Shown: positions 51,265-63,544 of the stretch, in pieces | Layout: the number at the start of each line of letters is the position of its first letter | Position numbering within the stretch: position 1 is the stretch's first letter | From: the human T2T-CHM13v2.0 reference genome, Homo sapiens | Length of the DNA stretch: 64,000 nucleotides | Direction: 5' to 3' (one strand) | Assembly (NCBI RefSeq): GCF_009914755.1 | Contig: NC_060934.1 | The notes under the pieces: model-generated | Told to the model about the DNA's origin: nothing | Databases searched by the model: none | The model's input: only the letters and a program-made list of their open reading frames with translations | Made by a program: the position numbers and the translations under genes

Positions 51265-51423
51265 GAGGATATATTTTTCTGCCTTACAATGCACACTTCT
51301 GAAATCAGGATGGCTCTTACCATTGTGGCATATGTTTGATGAGGCAGTATTTTTCCTCCAGGAAGCTTCTAACTTAGTGATTCACTCTTACAATGATGCA
51401 CATTATATCTAAGAATTGCAGTA
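51265..51423. mobile_element. MER104-like Tc2/Kanga MITE
   Basis: TCTGAAATCAGGATGGCTCTTAC and second CTCTTACAATGATG block. Confidence 0.55.
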
Positions 51424-52356
51424 ACAGGAAAATCTTTGCATTGCCTAATAGATGAGAGTGTTTGGCCCTCAGTTTCTGAGAGCTTCCTTGTTGTCTCTCA
51501 GCCGTGACACCTGCTTTGTGACTTGGCTTGTGTGATGTAATCAAATATTTAGTATTTATATTGTTCATAGGTATGGGCAGTTTCTCCTTAGCTCAGACTG
51601 TAAGCTTCCTGAGGGCAGATATGGTGTTTTACACTTTGCCGTTTAAGGACTCAGATTGGGCACAGAAGGGGAGGGGAGGAGATGATATGAAAGGAAGAGG
51701 AGGGGAGAGGCAAGACAGGGGAAGTAAGGGGAGGAGTATCTAATTCCTGGCCCTCCCTAGCCATCCCTTTAGCTCCTACAGTGTCTAGTGGCCCAGCTGT
51801 GAGACCTCTTGAACTGCCCTGGCCTCATGGGCCCAGGCCCTGCCATCAGACCCCAGACCTCCATGCTGCTGAGAAATGGTGTGTCCCAATGGTTAGGAAC
51901 ACTGGGTGGACCCAGGTCAACTTAGGCTCTATCCCAGGTCTTGTATTTTGCTAGCTGTGTGGCTCAAGACAAGTTGGTTTCTCTCTGAGCCTCAGTTTCC
52001 TCATCAGTAAAAAGGGGATGATAATAATATCCACCTTGTAGGATAAATGTAAGTAGAGATTATGGTAAAAATATGAACAGCCTGTATTGTGTGAGCACTG
52101 GCCAGTCTTCCAGTCTTACAGCAGGATTAGGCGCAAACCTTTAGAGGTATCAGAGGAGGGCAGGGGTGGCTAAGGTGGAAGGAGGACATGCCGGGGCTTG
52201 GGACAGCAGCTGTTTAGCAACCAAAGTGAAAGTAATTCAATATTTTAACGACTGGCGTGCCATACAGGTGTGTGATGCCTACATTGTAATATAACGAATG
52301 TGAGACATTTAGCATGATGCAGGGTAGATAGTGCCTTGATTCAGGGTAGCAATTGC

Positions 52357-52771
52357 TAGTAGTGTGCCAGTAAATTCTACTAAACACTGGCTTTCACAAA
52401 AACAGTCCTAATTTTTAGCGTTTGCCAATTTCCTTGGTGTAAATCCTACCAATATGGTCAATTTCAAGCTACCAATGTTCCAACGCTGGACCTGGGGTTG
52501 GGAAGAGATGTATATGTGACAGTCACCATTGTACAGAATTCCCATCACACAGACACAGGATTCCTAGGTAAACTTAACAATATAGATCATAGTAAAGCAT
52601 AGTGATATATTTTGAGTATCCTTTAACTTTTGATTTTAATACAATTTAACTCTAAATTTATAGGATTTACATTTTAATAATGGCTGTGTTTAGCAACTGG
52701 CTTGCAAACTTTTTGAAAATTTAACAATTGCCTCTAGAGAAGTGGTATAAGCTGTCTCTAGCACACCTTTG
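52357..52771 (+). mobile_element. MER63B-like hAT element
   Basis: TAGCGTTTGCCAATTTCC, ATTTCAAGCTACCAA, TAATAATGGCTGTGTTTAGCAACTGG, CTAGCACACC end. Confidence 0.85.
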
Positions 52772-53861
52772 AATGACAATGACTATTATACCCACCAGTC
52801 TGCTTGCCAGATCTCTACCTATTTGCATTTCTGAGACCTCTGGGGACTCTCTTGCTCCTTACTGTAGCCGACCCCACCTGATGCTCATTCCTGGCTCATT
52901 CTCTCACTTCCTGTCACACCTGTGAATTTGCTATTCTTGATAGGCAGGCCCCAAGTATGTGCTCCACCCAGGGGAACATGCCTAGTTCCCAGGTCCCCTC
53001 ATTCTGTCTGGCCACCCCACCACCTTCTCAACCCCGGCTTCCCTGTTGGGTTGGCCCCTGATGAGACAGTGCTAATTTGGGGAGAAGACAGTGTGCCTAA
53101 GGGAAAGCCGTGCTCCTGGGGTGTGAAAGCTGAGTGATGTTGCATTTCTTCTCAGGGCTAGAGAGAACCAGCTACAAAAGAGGGTTTGGCCTATGTTTGC
53201 CAGACTGCCTGCACCACCCTACTCTTGGCTGCCATCCTTAGCATTTCTGCTGGCGAAGGTGCTTGACAAATTAATCCCCCAAATGCACAGAAATCTCTCC
53301 TGCCAAATTCAATTCTCTAACCAGCGATAAATGCTCACCACTGGCTTGTGCAAGCAAAAACAAAGCACAAACCCAGCAGCAAGGGCTGTGGTGTTCGGGA
53401 TGGGAAATTTACTGTTCTTTGAAGCCCTGCAGGTCTGTGCATCTCAAAGTTATCAAATGAATTAAAGGGTCAAAGAAAAGGGGATTTGGTAAGCAGCAGT
53501 AAGCGTGGCAGAGGAAAGGGTGCTCCACCTGGTTCAGACTTCACCAATAGACAGATCTGTCATCAAGCCTTATCTCAAGGACACTTGCTGGAAAGAGTCA
53601 GGCATCTCAGAGGCATGTTCAGGGAGAGGAGACACTGTTAGCAGACAGCCCTGTCCTTTGTGTCTGGGATAAGGAGAAAGAAGGGAGAAGAGGGAAGCTA
53701 GGCCTGGAAGATAGTGGTGCGTAGCGAAATGAACCAAGAAGTGGAGGCAAACTGGCTTGGTCTAAATTTAGGTTTCATCACTTTGTACTTGTGTGATCTT
53801 GGCCAAATTCGGTCCCATCTCTGAACGTCAGGTTTCTCATCTATTAAAATGGAATAGTGGT

Positions 53862-54347
53862 ATCGTAAAAGATGCTATCGGTGCTTTGTCCATATCTCTT
53901 GGCAATCACCGTTCCTGTGTACCCAACCTGGAGACTTCTGACACAAGCACCTGTGGATATTTGTCTAAGGGCTTTCAGGTTGTTTTGAGTATGTGTGTAC
54001 ATGGCACAGGCCAGGCATTGTGGGGGGAGTTAATCCATTCTCCCAACTGGGAGCAACCTTCAACCCATGACTGGCAGGAGTTGGAGGATACATCCCCCAG
54101 CTCCTTCATCCCTCAGTGGGGTGACTGAGGTGTGCTGTGCAGATCTCCAGAGTGGCCCAGGGTGATGAAGCCTCATAGGCCTGCAGTAGTGGAGTGCTCC
54201 AAAACACACTTTATTGGCTTCTTTCCCTTCTTTTTCTTTTCTTCCCTCTCCTGACTGGTGTTTCCTGGGGTCAAATCCCAGATCAATTGCTTACACCTGA
54301 ATCCTTGCCCCAGTGACTCCTCCTGGGAGAGCTCAATCTAAAAAACA
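53862..54347 (+). mobile_element. LTR16A-like solo LTR inserted in a MIR (53710-53860, 54348-54435)
   Basis: CAACCCATGACTGGCAGGAGTTGGAGGATA, CCTCAGTGGGGTGAC, TTGCTTACACCTGAATCCTTG; MIR halves rejoin across it. Confidence 0.8.
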
Positions 54348-55109
54348 CATTGTATATCATAGGATAATTTTGAGGGTTAAATGGGAAGATGTTTAAAATG
54401 CTCAGAGAAAAATAAACTGCAGTGAGCATTACTAGTAGGGATTTGAGTAGATACTGGTCTCCTGTCCCTTTCTCTGTCTCCTATCTCTTTCCCAGGAAGA
54501 ATATGACACAGTGAAAACTTCTTCTTTCCGGCTCCCTTGCAGACACTTGATTTCTCTGCAAGGGAGTGAGTGGGCGAGTGGCTATCTGCAAAGCTGTCTC
54601 CCCAATGCTCTGGATCCTGACTCAGAAGGGTGTGAAACTCCCTGCACATGGGGCATGAATGGAACCTCTGGGAGTTCTTTTGGGGGCTAAACAGACTCAA
54701 GGACTAATTAGCTAATGCCTGTGGAGTGCCTGGGAATGTCAAGTGCTGAGTGTGAAGTGCCATCACTTGAGATGGCTTCCCCTCTCTAAGCCCTCCACGG
54801 AAGATGTGTCGATTACTGCGTATGGAGGAGCTGTTGCTGAGTCTCTGGTTGGGGCTCTTAATCAGGCAAATATTTACAGTCCCCATGAGGTACTCAGGGC
54901 TTCACAGGCCCCAGAGGCTGCAGCTCGCAGCTTGGCCCAGGGCCACTAGACAGGGCCTTGGGGAGTGTTTCTGGGCTGCTGGTTCCTCCATGGTGCCCAT
55001 GTGAGATTCTGCAGCCCAGTATCCCTGGGCCCCAGACCACTCCTCCTGTGCAACAAGCTCTTCTAGGGCCCTCCAACCCACATAGACAAGCCCTGAGGTT
55101 GCTGCTTGG

Positions 55110-55760
55110 TCTTTGATCATCCATCCAGGGCATGAGTCTGAAATCTTCTTCCCTTTTAAACCTGTTCTTCCTCCTTCTGAAGGCGGCATTGTCATCCTCC
55201 CCAACACTTCAGGCATCTTTGATCATTACCCAGAATGTTCAGCCACCCACCAAGCTGTTTGGATTCTTTCTCTGTATGAGTTCTGACATATACCTCCTGT
55301 GCATCCCATCACCACTGCCCTCGTTCAGGCCATCATCCGCTTCCCTGGTGCATTGCTTTCATCTCCTGGCCACTCTTCTAGCTCCTAGTCTGCTCTCCAC
55401 ATAGCCAGTGGAGGCTCCTTCTGAATCGCAGTTCTGATGGAATCCCCCCTTAATGAACATTCAATGGCTTCCTATGGTTTACAGAATAAAATTTGAACTT
55501 TTCTGTCTGCCCGGGGGTCCATTGTGATTTGGAGAAAGTCCTAATTGAACTTTCTCACTTTATTTTCAACTCTCTTCTTCTATGTTCCCACTGCTCCACC
55601 CAGCCTGAACTACTCTGGAGTTTGGGACCACTCCCTCAGTGAACCATCCAAGCCCTTTCACCTCTTGTCTCTTTGTGTATGTTTAGAGAACAGATTAAAT
55701 ATCACATCGTTCTTCTCTCACCTCCCATAACAATCTGATCCATGTTCTGGGAGAGCTATA
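55110..55760 (+). mobile_element. L2 fragment
   Basis: TTCAATGGCTTCCTATGGTTTACAGAATAAAATTTGAACT typical L2 block. Confidence 0.65.
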
Positions 55761-56677
55761 GAGGCTTTTTGACTTTGTATTGCAGTGATGAGTAGGGAGT
55801 CAGCTTCATGCCTCCTGTATTAATGCTGTGTCTGGCCAAGATGTTTCTGACATCCGAGTGTGGTGCTATAATACAGTGATCCCTCTATCAATACAGAAGA
55901 TGGTAGCATTTAGTCCCAGTTGCCTGCTCACTGCTTGTTATCTAACTGAACTTGTGTATGAGAGTCTGTCTTTTCTCCCTGCCTTCAAGGAGCTCCTTGT
56001 ACCTAATATTTTTCCTCAGTGCCAGCAAATATTAGTTGTTCAATGCTTGTTGAAACAATATGAACGTGTGGCTTCAGAGACCTCTGTGTATAGTAGATGT
56101 GGCATCTCTTCCTTAGGATGTATTTCTGTGAGCTGGGCTGAAGGGACATGGCAGCCAGTGTGGGCTCCATGGGCAGAGCTCTGCTTGGAGTCCCCCTGTG
56201 GTCCCTTCCAGATTCTGGGTTCTCCAGGTGACAGTACCTGCAGAGGTCTCCTACTGGGAGACCAGGAAGGCAGGATGCGGAGACTGAGGGCCTAAGGGCA
56301 GAGAGCCAGTCTGGATGGGCAGGTAGAAGCTCAGGTGGTGGAAGCATTTCCTCAGCCATGCAGGGGTGGGGCTGCTGGGAATCTGGGGCATCATCTGTCC
56401 CCACCGGGTTGGGTGATGGGGCAGTGAGGAAGTGAGATCCTGCTGGAGCATTTCCATTGCCTCTGGAAAGGGGCCCAGTCTGGAGTTAACCCGGATATTA
56501 GATGGCAGGCGATCTAAAGGTATTAGGTCCAGTTTTGGTTTCTTTTCTTTTTCCTTAAAATAAAACAAATAGGGGTATCTTTACCCAGTCTAATTTGTGC
56601 AGTCCTGGGAGTCCCACATTGCATAATACTAGGGTGTTATGGCAGAGCTCCTGGACTTGAGCTACATAGTAGCCCTG

Positions 56678-57070
56678 TGATACAATTTGGATCTATGCCC
56701 TTGCTCAAATCTCATGTTGAATTGTAGTCCCCATTGTTGGAGATGAGGCCTGGTGGGAGGTGATTAGATCATGTGGGTGGTTTCTAATGGTTTAGTACCA
56801 TCCCCCTAGTGCTGTCTTGTGATAGAGTTCTCCCAAGATCCGTTTCTTTAAAAGCATGTGGCACATTCCCCTCCTCTCTTCCTCCTGATCCAGCCATGCA
56901 GCACATGCCTGCTTCCCCTTCACCTTCCACTGTGACTGTACGTTTCCTGAGGCCTCCCCAGCCATGCTTCCTGTACAGCCCATGGAGCTACAAGGCATTA
57001 AACCTCTTTTCTTTATAAATTATCCCGGCTCAGGTAGTTCCTTATAGCAATGTGAGAATGGACTGATACA
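56678..57070 (+). mobile_element. MSTA solo LTR
   Basis: TGATACAATTTGGATCT...CAAATCTCATGTTGAATTGTA ... GGACTGATACA; TSD CCCTG/CCTTG. Confidence 0.92.
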
Positions 57071-57084
57071 CCTTGTCCGGTCCT

Positions 57085-57340
57085 GACTTCACAATCTGGT
57101 AGCCTGCTGAGCAGATAAGGTCCTCTGGTCATTTTTGTTTGACCTATCAGTGTTGATAAAAATTGAGCTAACATTTTACAATTGTGAGACTTTGTATAAC
57201 ATTTCACATTTCTGGTTTCTTTTAAAAAATGGGAAGACCTCACAAGACTGGGCTTCTTATTCCTACAAGGCAACTGTAAGCTGGACAGTTTGCCTTGTAG
57301 GCAGTGGCTGCTGCTCCAGGCAGGGCAGGTGACCCCACCG
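57085..57340 (+). mobile_element. MER102-like hAT fragment
   Basis: ATTTCTGGTTTCTTTTAAAAAATGGGAAGACC...ACTGGGC. Confidence 0.5.
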
Positions 57341-57839
57341 TGCCTCGGAAATCACTTGGCTTGTGTCATTCACTTATTGTCCTGACTCATGGCCTGGTCT
57401 TAGGTCACAGTCAAGGAGAATGTCACTGATACAGTGGAGGACCCTTCACCATCATATGTGAGGCCAGAACAATGCCATCGAGCTAAGCTGTGTGTATCCG
57501 AATGATAGAATGTCAGAGTTGGAAAAGCCTTTCTGGAACTTTGTCCCTATCTCTCCTATCTGCAAACACAGACCTGGAGCCAAGGGCCAGAAAGGGACTT
57601 TCCCAAGGCCACTCCGTGAGTTGATGGCAAAACTGAGACCAAAACCTGGTTGTCCTTACCCACAAGCAGGAGTCTTTCCTGGTTAGAGACAGAGCGTCCT
57701 GTCTTCCCTTCCTTTGTGCCTCTCATTTCATGGCCATCAGCTCCATTGCAGACCTGTGTGGAAACTGGAGGAAGACTGTGATGGGGAGGGCTGGGGAATA
57801 AAGGCCGGGGAGGCCCAGGCTGCTCAGGATAAAGGCTGA

Positions 57840-59730
57840 ATACAGGGGCGTTCAAAAGCCACTGGGCACTGAGCGAATTAAGCCATGCTTGTCTCCGTTG
57901 CCCGGGTACTCTTTATGCATCACATAATGCCATTGTTCAGCCAGAGCCAGGGGCCAGAACGAGCACTTTCTTTGCAGGTAGGCAGCCAGTGCAGGCCCAG
58001 CAGCAAGAGAAGGAGCAGGAGAGGCTGGAATATTCTGGCTTGAAAACAGCAGCTGTGTAATAAAGCCGGGCTGGTTTGTCTCAGGGCCCCGCTGTCCCTT
58101 CTCCCCGCCTCAAAGTAGCAGCATGAATCAGTTCACTGCGGCAATGGTCCAGGCGATGTGACTTGCATCCCCATCAGCTACCTGATTGCGGTCCCTGGAT
58201 GCATGAGGCGCTGGATGTGCCTGGCATACCAAACTGCCCGCCTCTGTGCCGCAGCTACTGGTAATGAAGATCACCGGCCCCGCCCAGCACTGCGGACAGA
58301 GCCGGGCATTCTTCAAGGCCACCACTGGTCTTTTATCTTGTCCAAGGCTCTGGGATAGTCACCGAAATCCTTGGGCTGCTTTTGACGGGGGCCACCAGCC
58401 TGTCTCAAAGATGCCCTGACAAGCCCCTCCAGCCCTGGGCAGACAAAGGCTTGAAAGGAGAGGAATTGCACACGGTCCAGACGCTGCTGTTTCTAATACG
58501 TTATTTTGACACACAATTAACTGCAAAATTTGCTCTAAGCTAAGAGCTCGGGCCCTCACAGGATTCGTACAGCACAATTCAAGCAGGATTTGGTTCTGTG
58601 AAACCTCATTTTTCCTGAAGGGCTAGGGATTGCCGGCTCCCCACGGTGATGCCACCCCTCTCAGGGCTGGCTGTGGGCACCGATCAGAGAGGAAGCATCA
58701 GCCCGCCCACAGCCCAGCATGGGGCCAGGGGAACCATGGCACGAGTCATGGGAGGGGGTGGATAAAGCTTGCACAAAACCGTCCAACAGAGCTCCCTGAA
58801 CAACAACCCTTCCTAAAATGGTGTCGCTTATCCTCCGCTGACAAAAGCCTGATTTGAGCTCTCCCCGGAGGTGGGATGAAGCGAACACATTGCCTTTTAT
58901 CTCCCCGTCGCTTTGAGAGGGGAAGACAACTGGTACAGAGCATGGTGGGGAGCCCTGGAGAAGGCACTCTTGAATGAAAGGCATAATCTCCGGCTCCCCC
59001 AAACCAGGAGGGGAGGCAGCTTTCATCCCCCACCGCGGCCCGCTCCCCCCGTCCTGGAGGCATCTGAATGGGAGTGGGGAGCTTGGAAGGAGAGGCTCCT
59101 GCCGCTGCACAATGCCACACAATATTGCTTCTCTCCAGGAGCCCAGAGGAGGCCATGGGTGTACAGCATCTTACTTTGAAACCAATTCTCCAATCAGCTA
59201 TTTAAATAAGAAATATAATCTCATTGAACACCCAGAGCTGTTAGTCTGAGATGCTTCCATTTACAAGGCACTTGAAGAAAGTCCCCAAGCCCCCGGTTTA
59301 TCAGGACAGCCAGCTTAGGATGACTTACTGGGGGAAAGAGAGGTGCTAGAGAGGGAGGGGAGAGAATTGAAGTTGGCCGTTAGAAATCCAGGCTGTCGAC
59401 TGCTTGAGTGGTGAACCCATGCCGCACCTGTCGGTGCTCTATGCGGAGGAGGTGGGAGAGGTCTGTGGGTTTTCAGAAAACCATCCGATAGCAGGCAATG
59501 CCCTGTAAAGTTGTGAAGGGGGAAGAAGGGGCACAAAGCATTGTCTATCTCTCTTTTGGAAACATTGTTTTGAGTACTGAAGTCATTGCCACAGCATTTT
59601 TTTGTCAGAGGCCAAGTGGCTGTTAAGACCCAGTGGGTGAAATTCCCCTGACGAAAACCGGCCCAGCAAGAAGTGGGGGCGATAGCCTTGACTGACCCTC
59701 CCCTGCCTGAGCTCACGGTCTGCCTCCGGC
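57840..59730. promoter_or_regulatory. Repeat-free, CpG-enriched candidate enhancer region
   Basis: About 1.9 kb without a recognisable repeat, visibly more CpG than flanks, several TF motifs. Confidence 0.4.
58283..58303 (+). promoter_or_regulatory. Candidate REST/NRSF RE1 site
   Basis: CCCAGCACTGCGGACAGAGCC vs TTCAGCACCACGGACAGCGCC, canonical 2-bp spacer; motif match only. Confidence 0.4.
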
Positions 59731-60644
59731 ACCAGCCATGTTTCTAGGCATTCTGGAGAGGGAGGCTTGAGAGCCTGTGCTGACCACTGTGGGAATCCTG
59801 AGAAAGCTCGTTTGCCACGTGCTAGCTTTTAATCTATGTGCAGCTCACTCACCTGAGGCCTCAGTGTTTATCACTTGCAAAATGGGTTGTAAGGACCAGG
59901 TGAGCTGAATGTGGACCGTGCCTGACAGGTGGACTGTGCCCCATACAGGATGGATACGATTCTACTGTGATGATGGCACACTCCGTCTCACTCACAACTT
60001 CGGGGAACATGGCCCACTGCTCAGGTTCTGGCATGTCATTTCTGGTCAGTAGCCCCGCCCCTCCTTGCCCTGTCCTGTTCTGCCCAATTCTGCCCCACTC
60101 TATCTTGCTCCCTTCAAAATCTATGGTGCTGATGACCGCCTGTGAGAGGTGATATCCTGTGAGAGGCTGGGAAGGGGAGTGTCCGTTTGAGCTGGAAGGC
60201 TGCCTGGAGGAGGTGTGGCTTGAACTGGGCTTGAGCAGTGGGAAGGATTTGGAGAGCGGAGGAATGAAGGAGAGCAGAGAGGAGAGGCTTGGAGGTAAGA
60301 ACGAGCAGAGAGGGAGGGCTGGGGAAGCCAGTCTGCAGGGAGGGGAGGGGAGGTGAGGCGCTATGCTGGGGAGAAGGAGGGGAGAAGGATGGGAGGTGGC
60401 GGAACCCTGCCACTCCTTTCTTGGTTGCTTTGCACCCATCTGACGTCCTTGCTGGTCAGAGGATGAATCTGGCTAGAGCGGAGCAGAACTGAAGAGCAGA
60501 GCTATGCAGCCCTGGAAGCATCCTAGAGACCAAGACCCTCAGGGGCAAGGGCAGGGTGCTCACTCAGCCACACCGTGGATCAGCAGCAGGGCAGGACCCC
60601 ACCCTGTGCCTCCTGTCTCTTTCTCCCGTTATGACAGCTAGCTC

Positions 60645-60830
60645 TGATGAGCACCTACTGTGCACCAGGCACTGTTCTAAGTCTTGGAATGGGTTTCCAC
60701 AGTTAGTCCTAAGACAAGCCTGTCAAGTAGGGAGCATTGCTATCCCCATTTTAGAGACGAAGAAGCTGAGGCCTGGAGTAGTCTTGAACCTTGCCCGAGG
60801 TCACACTGCCAGGAAGAGGTAGAGCCCACA
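60645..60830 (-). mobile_element. MIR (representative; further MIR fragments near 7.7, 11.3, 12.8, 17.5, 18.0, 18.55, 26.6, 27.5, 30.3, 41.4, 42.2, 42.8, 44.6, 47.7, 51.95, 57.6, 61.3, 62.5, 63.4 kb)
   Basis: GAGCACCTACTGTGCACCAGGCACTGTTCTAAG...CCCCATTTTAGAGACGAAGAAGCTGAGGC. Confidence 0.85.
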
Positions 60831-61739
60831 GGCCACCAGCATTGAGCTCCTTTCTGACCTCTTATCTTTGGGGAAGGTTGGCCCAGTTTCCTTCTCCTTT
60901 CCTGAAGGAGCGTGTGCGTCCTTGCTGAGACCAGGAAAGGAGGTCTCAGCTTCATTTGGTATTCCCTCCCTCCTTAGTAAAGCACGTAAGTGCCTTCTGC
61001 GCTCCCGGAACGTCAGGGAACATCAGCAAACATCAGTGAAGCGGGAGACGAATGCCCCCAAACCCGTGCCCCGTGGTGCAGGAAGGGCTGGCTCACTCGG
61101 CTGACTTCCATTAAACATTTGATGCATCACAGAACTGCCGAAAACCATCCATCAGGCCATCCCCCTCCGCCTGCCTCCCTGCCCTGCTCACAGAGGGGGT
61201 TCGGCCTCAGCCTGCATTCCCTGGCTCCAGGGAAGAGAGAGGAGAGGGGCAACACCCAGCCATGGCTGTGATGCTAGTAAGAGCACCATGTATTGAATGT
61301 CAGTGTGCCCAGGCAGACCTCAGCACATTACAGATTTTATCTCATTGAACCCCATGATCGCTGATAGGTGTGGCTGTTATCGTTCAGTAGATGTGGAACC
61401 TGACATCAAAGAGGGCCATAGTCACTCTGAAGGAGCTAGGGCCGCACTGAGCCCAGGGATATGAGTTGAGAGCCCCCTCCGCCCTTCTGCATTCCTCGAT
61501 GGGGTGGAGCAGATCAGGTACTGCACAGTGGGATGGGGCCAGAGCAGCACAGTGCATTTAGTGATTAGTGACCCGTGGAGGTCAGCCCCGGCCAGAGCAG
61601 GTTGGGGGACCCCAGCACAGGGTGAGTTGCAGGACAGCGGTCCATGGGTAGTCCAAGGCACTCTGTCCTTCCCTCCACCCGGTTACTGCAGCCTGACCAA
61701 GTTTTCCGGGCTCCCCCTTCTCCCTGGGGACCCCATTCA

Positions 61740-62378
61740 ATCAGAGGCCAGTCTCTTTGGTTCTCCCAGCTAGATGTTCCTGAATTCACAATCTCACCCC
61801 CTTTCCTTCCATATCATGGCCCCTCTCGTGGGGGACTGCCCCAGCCTCCTGCTGGTCTCTGGCCTCACCTTGCCAATTTCTTCTCCCCACTGTAGCCAGA
61901 GGGATTGTTCTAGAACCCATGTCTGCCCTCTGGTTCTTCCACTTAAAACTCAACCTGACTGCCTCACATGGGATGGAGCCCACATTGTGCACTCAGCCTG
62001 ACCTCCCCAGGACCCTCCTGCCCGTCCCTTGCTGGCTGCCCCCATGCTCATGCTGGGGTCTCGGCTGTGCTGTGCTCGCTGCAGGAGAGCCATCCGCTGC
62101 TCCTTGGCTGGTGAATTTCTGCTTATCGTTCAAACTCCAATGCAGAGCACCTTTCTTCCAGGGAGTCCTCCCTGATAACCTTTATGTGCTTCATCCCAAC
62201 CAGCACAAACCGCACTGTCCCATTTGCTTCCCTGCTTGTCTGTCACCCTCTATTGATCATCAGTTCCAGGAGGGCAGCGAATGTGCCCCCTTCCCCACTG
62301 CTCCCCTAGAGTAACATGGGGGCTGCTCCACAGCAGGCCCTCCAGGAATGGATGGCTGCATGATGAATGAATGAATGA
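61740..62378 (+). mobile_element. L2 3' fragment
   Basis: CAGCCTCCTGCTGGTCTC..GTAGCCAGAGGGATTGTTCTAGAA; GAATGAATGAATGA terminus. Confidence 0.7.
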
Positions 62379-62728
62379 TGCCTGATACGGCTAAGACTGG
62401 AATCCCCCAAGGTGCAACAAGGGTCGGGGACTCAGACGCAGGTGGCAACCTAGCAGTGGGGAGGTGATGTGGTGTTTGGAGTTTAACTGACCCCAGTGCT
62501 TACAAGCTGTGTGGCCTCTGCCTGCCTCAGTTTGCTTGCATGCAACATGGGTATAATGACAACTCCTTTACTGAGAATTTGTCCTGAGAGGCCCTGGAGA
62601 TAATACCTGGGCAGTGCCCAGCCCTGTGCTAGGCACAGAGGAGGATAAGGTGGGGCTCCCTCTGGGGCTTGAGGCCAGGGTCAGGCTGCAAGCTTCTCTG
62701 AGACAGCATGTGGGGCTGACCTGGCTCT

Positions 62729-63030
62729 GCAATCAGGAGGACTGTGAGTCCTGAGGCTATAGTCTAGGCACACAAGAGGAGGCAGGGGCAAGACACTCCC
62801 CATGCTCCTCTGGGCTGGCCTCAGCATGCCAAGGCTGGGCTCTCACCATTAGCTCATCCTTCCTTTGAATGGAGCCAATGGCAATCAGGAGGACCGTGAG
62901 TCTTGGGGCTATAGTCCAGGCACACAAGTGGGGGCAGAGGCAAGACATTCCCCACGCCTCTCTGGGCTAGCCTCAGCATGTGGAGCCCGGGCTTTCACCA
63001 CTAGCTCATCCTTCCTTCGAATGGAGCCAA
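62729..63030. repeat. Two-copy tandem repeat, 152-bp period, about 87% identical
   Basis: Units 62729-62880 and 62881-63030 align without gaps, 20 mismatches in 150 by hand count. Confidence 0.95.
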
Positions 63031-63544
63031 AGTTAGAACTGGGCCACACTGAGATTACCTGCGTGGGGAAGCAGAGGCCCAGAGAGGGTTTGGAATGTGG
63101 GTGCGGGTGAGAGAGGTGGGATGTGGGGAAGAACCACCATTTATTAGTTACCTACTAAGGTGCGGGAGGTACTGGCTTTAATGACAGTCAGGCACCCCCA
63201 ATTCCTGGATGTCTGGCCATGGGCACATTGTGTAAAATGGGTATGAAGTAGCACATATCTAGATGGTTGCCAGGAGGGCAGGGGACGTGGTACAGAGGAA
63301 ACACCCAGTACCCAGTGCCAGCCACGGTAAGTGCCCGCTAACTGAAGCCCACTGTGGAAACTTTGGGGTGCCTTGGTCTGGTAGGTATGATCCCCGTTTC
63401 CAGAACAGGACAGGAGGCCCAGGGAGGTGAACGGAGGAACTCAGGGCCACGCAGCCACTAGGGACCAGAGGGACAAATGACCTGGCCCGAGGCTTGTGCT
63501 GAGGTTTTGGCCACGGGGACCACATATGGCAGGGTAGTATTTTT

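Noticed and set aside
59197-59210. MEF2 or TATA-like CTATTTAAATAAG
   Set aside because: Spacing does not fit the 10-bp MEF2 consensus and it is too close to the CCAAT to be a normal TATA box.
59861-60439. Longest ORF in the window (192 aa, minus strand)
   Set aside because: Ser/Pro/Leu-rich translation of a GA-rich low-complexity and L2-like region; no recognisable domain.
62729-63030. CRISPR-like or other repeat-spacer array
   Set aside because: Only two contiguous units with no spacers; eukaryotic context. No repeat-spacer array was seen anywhere in the window.
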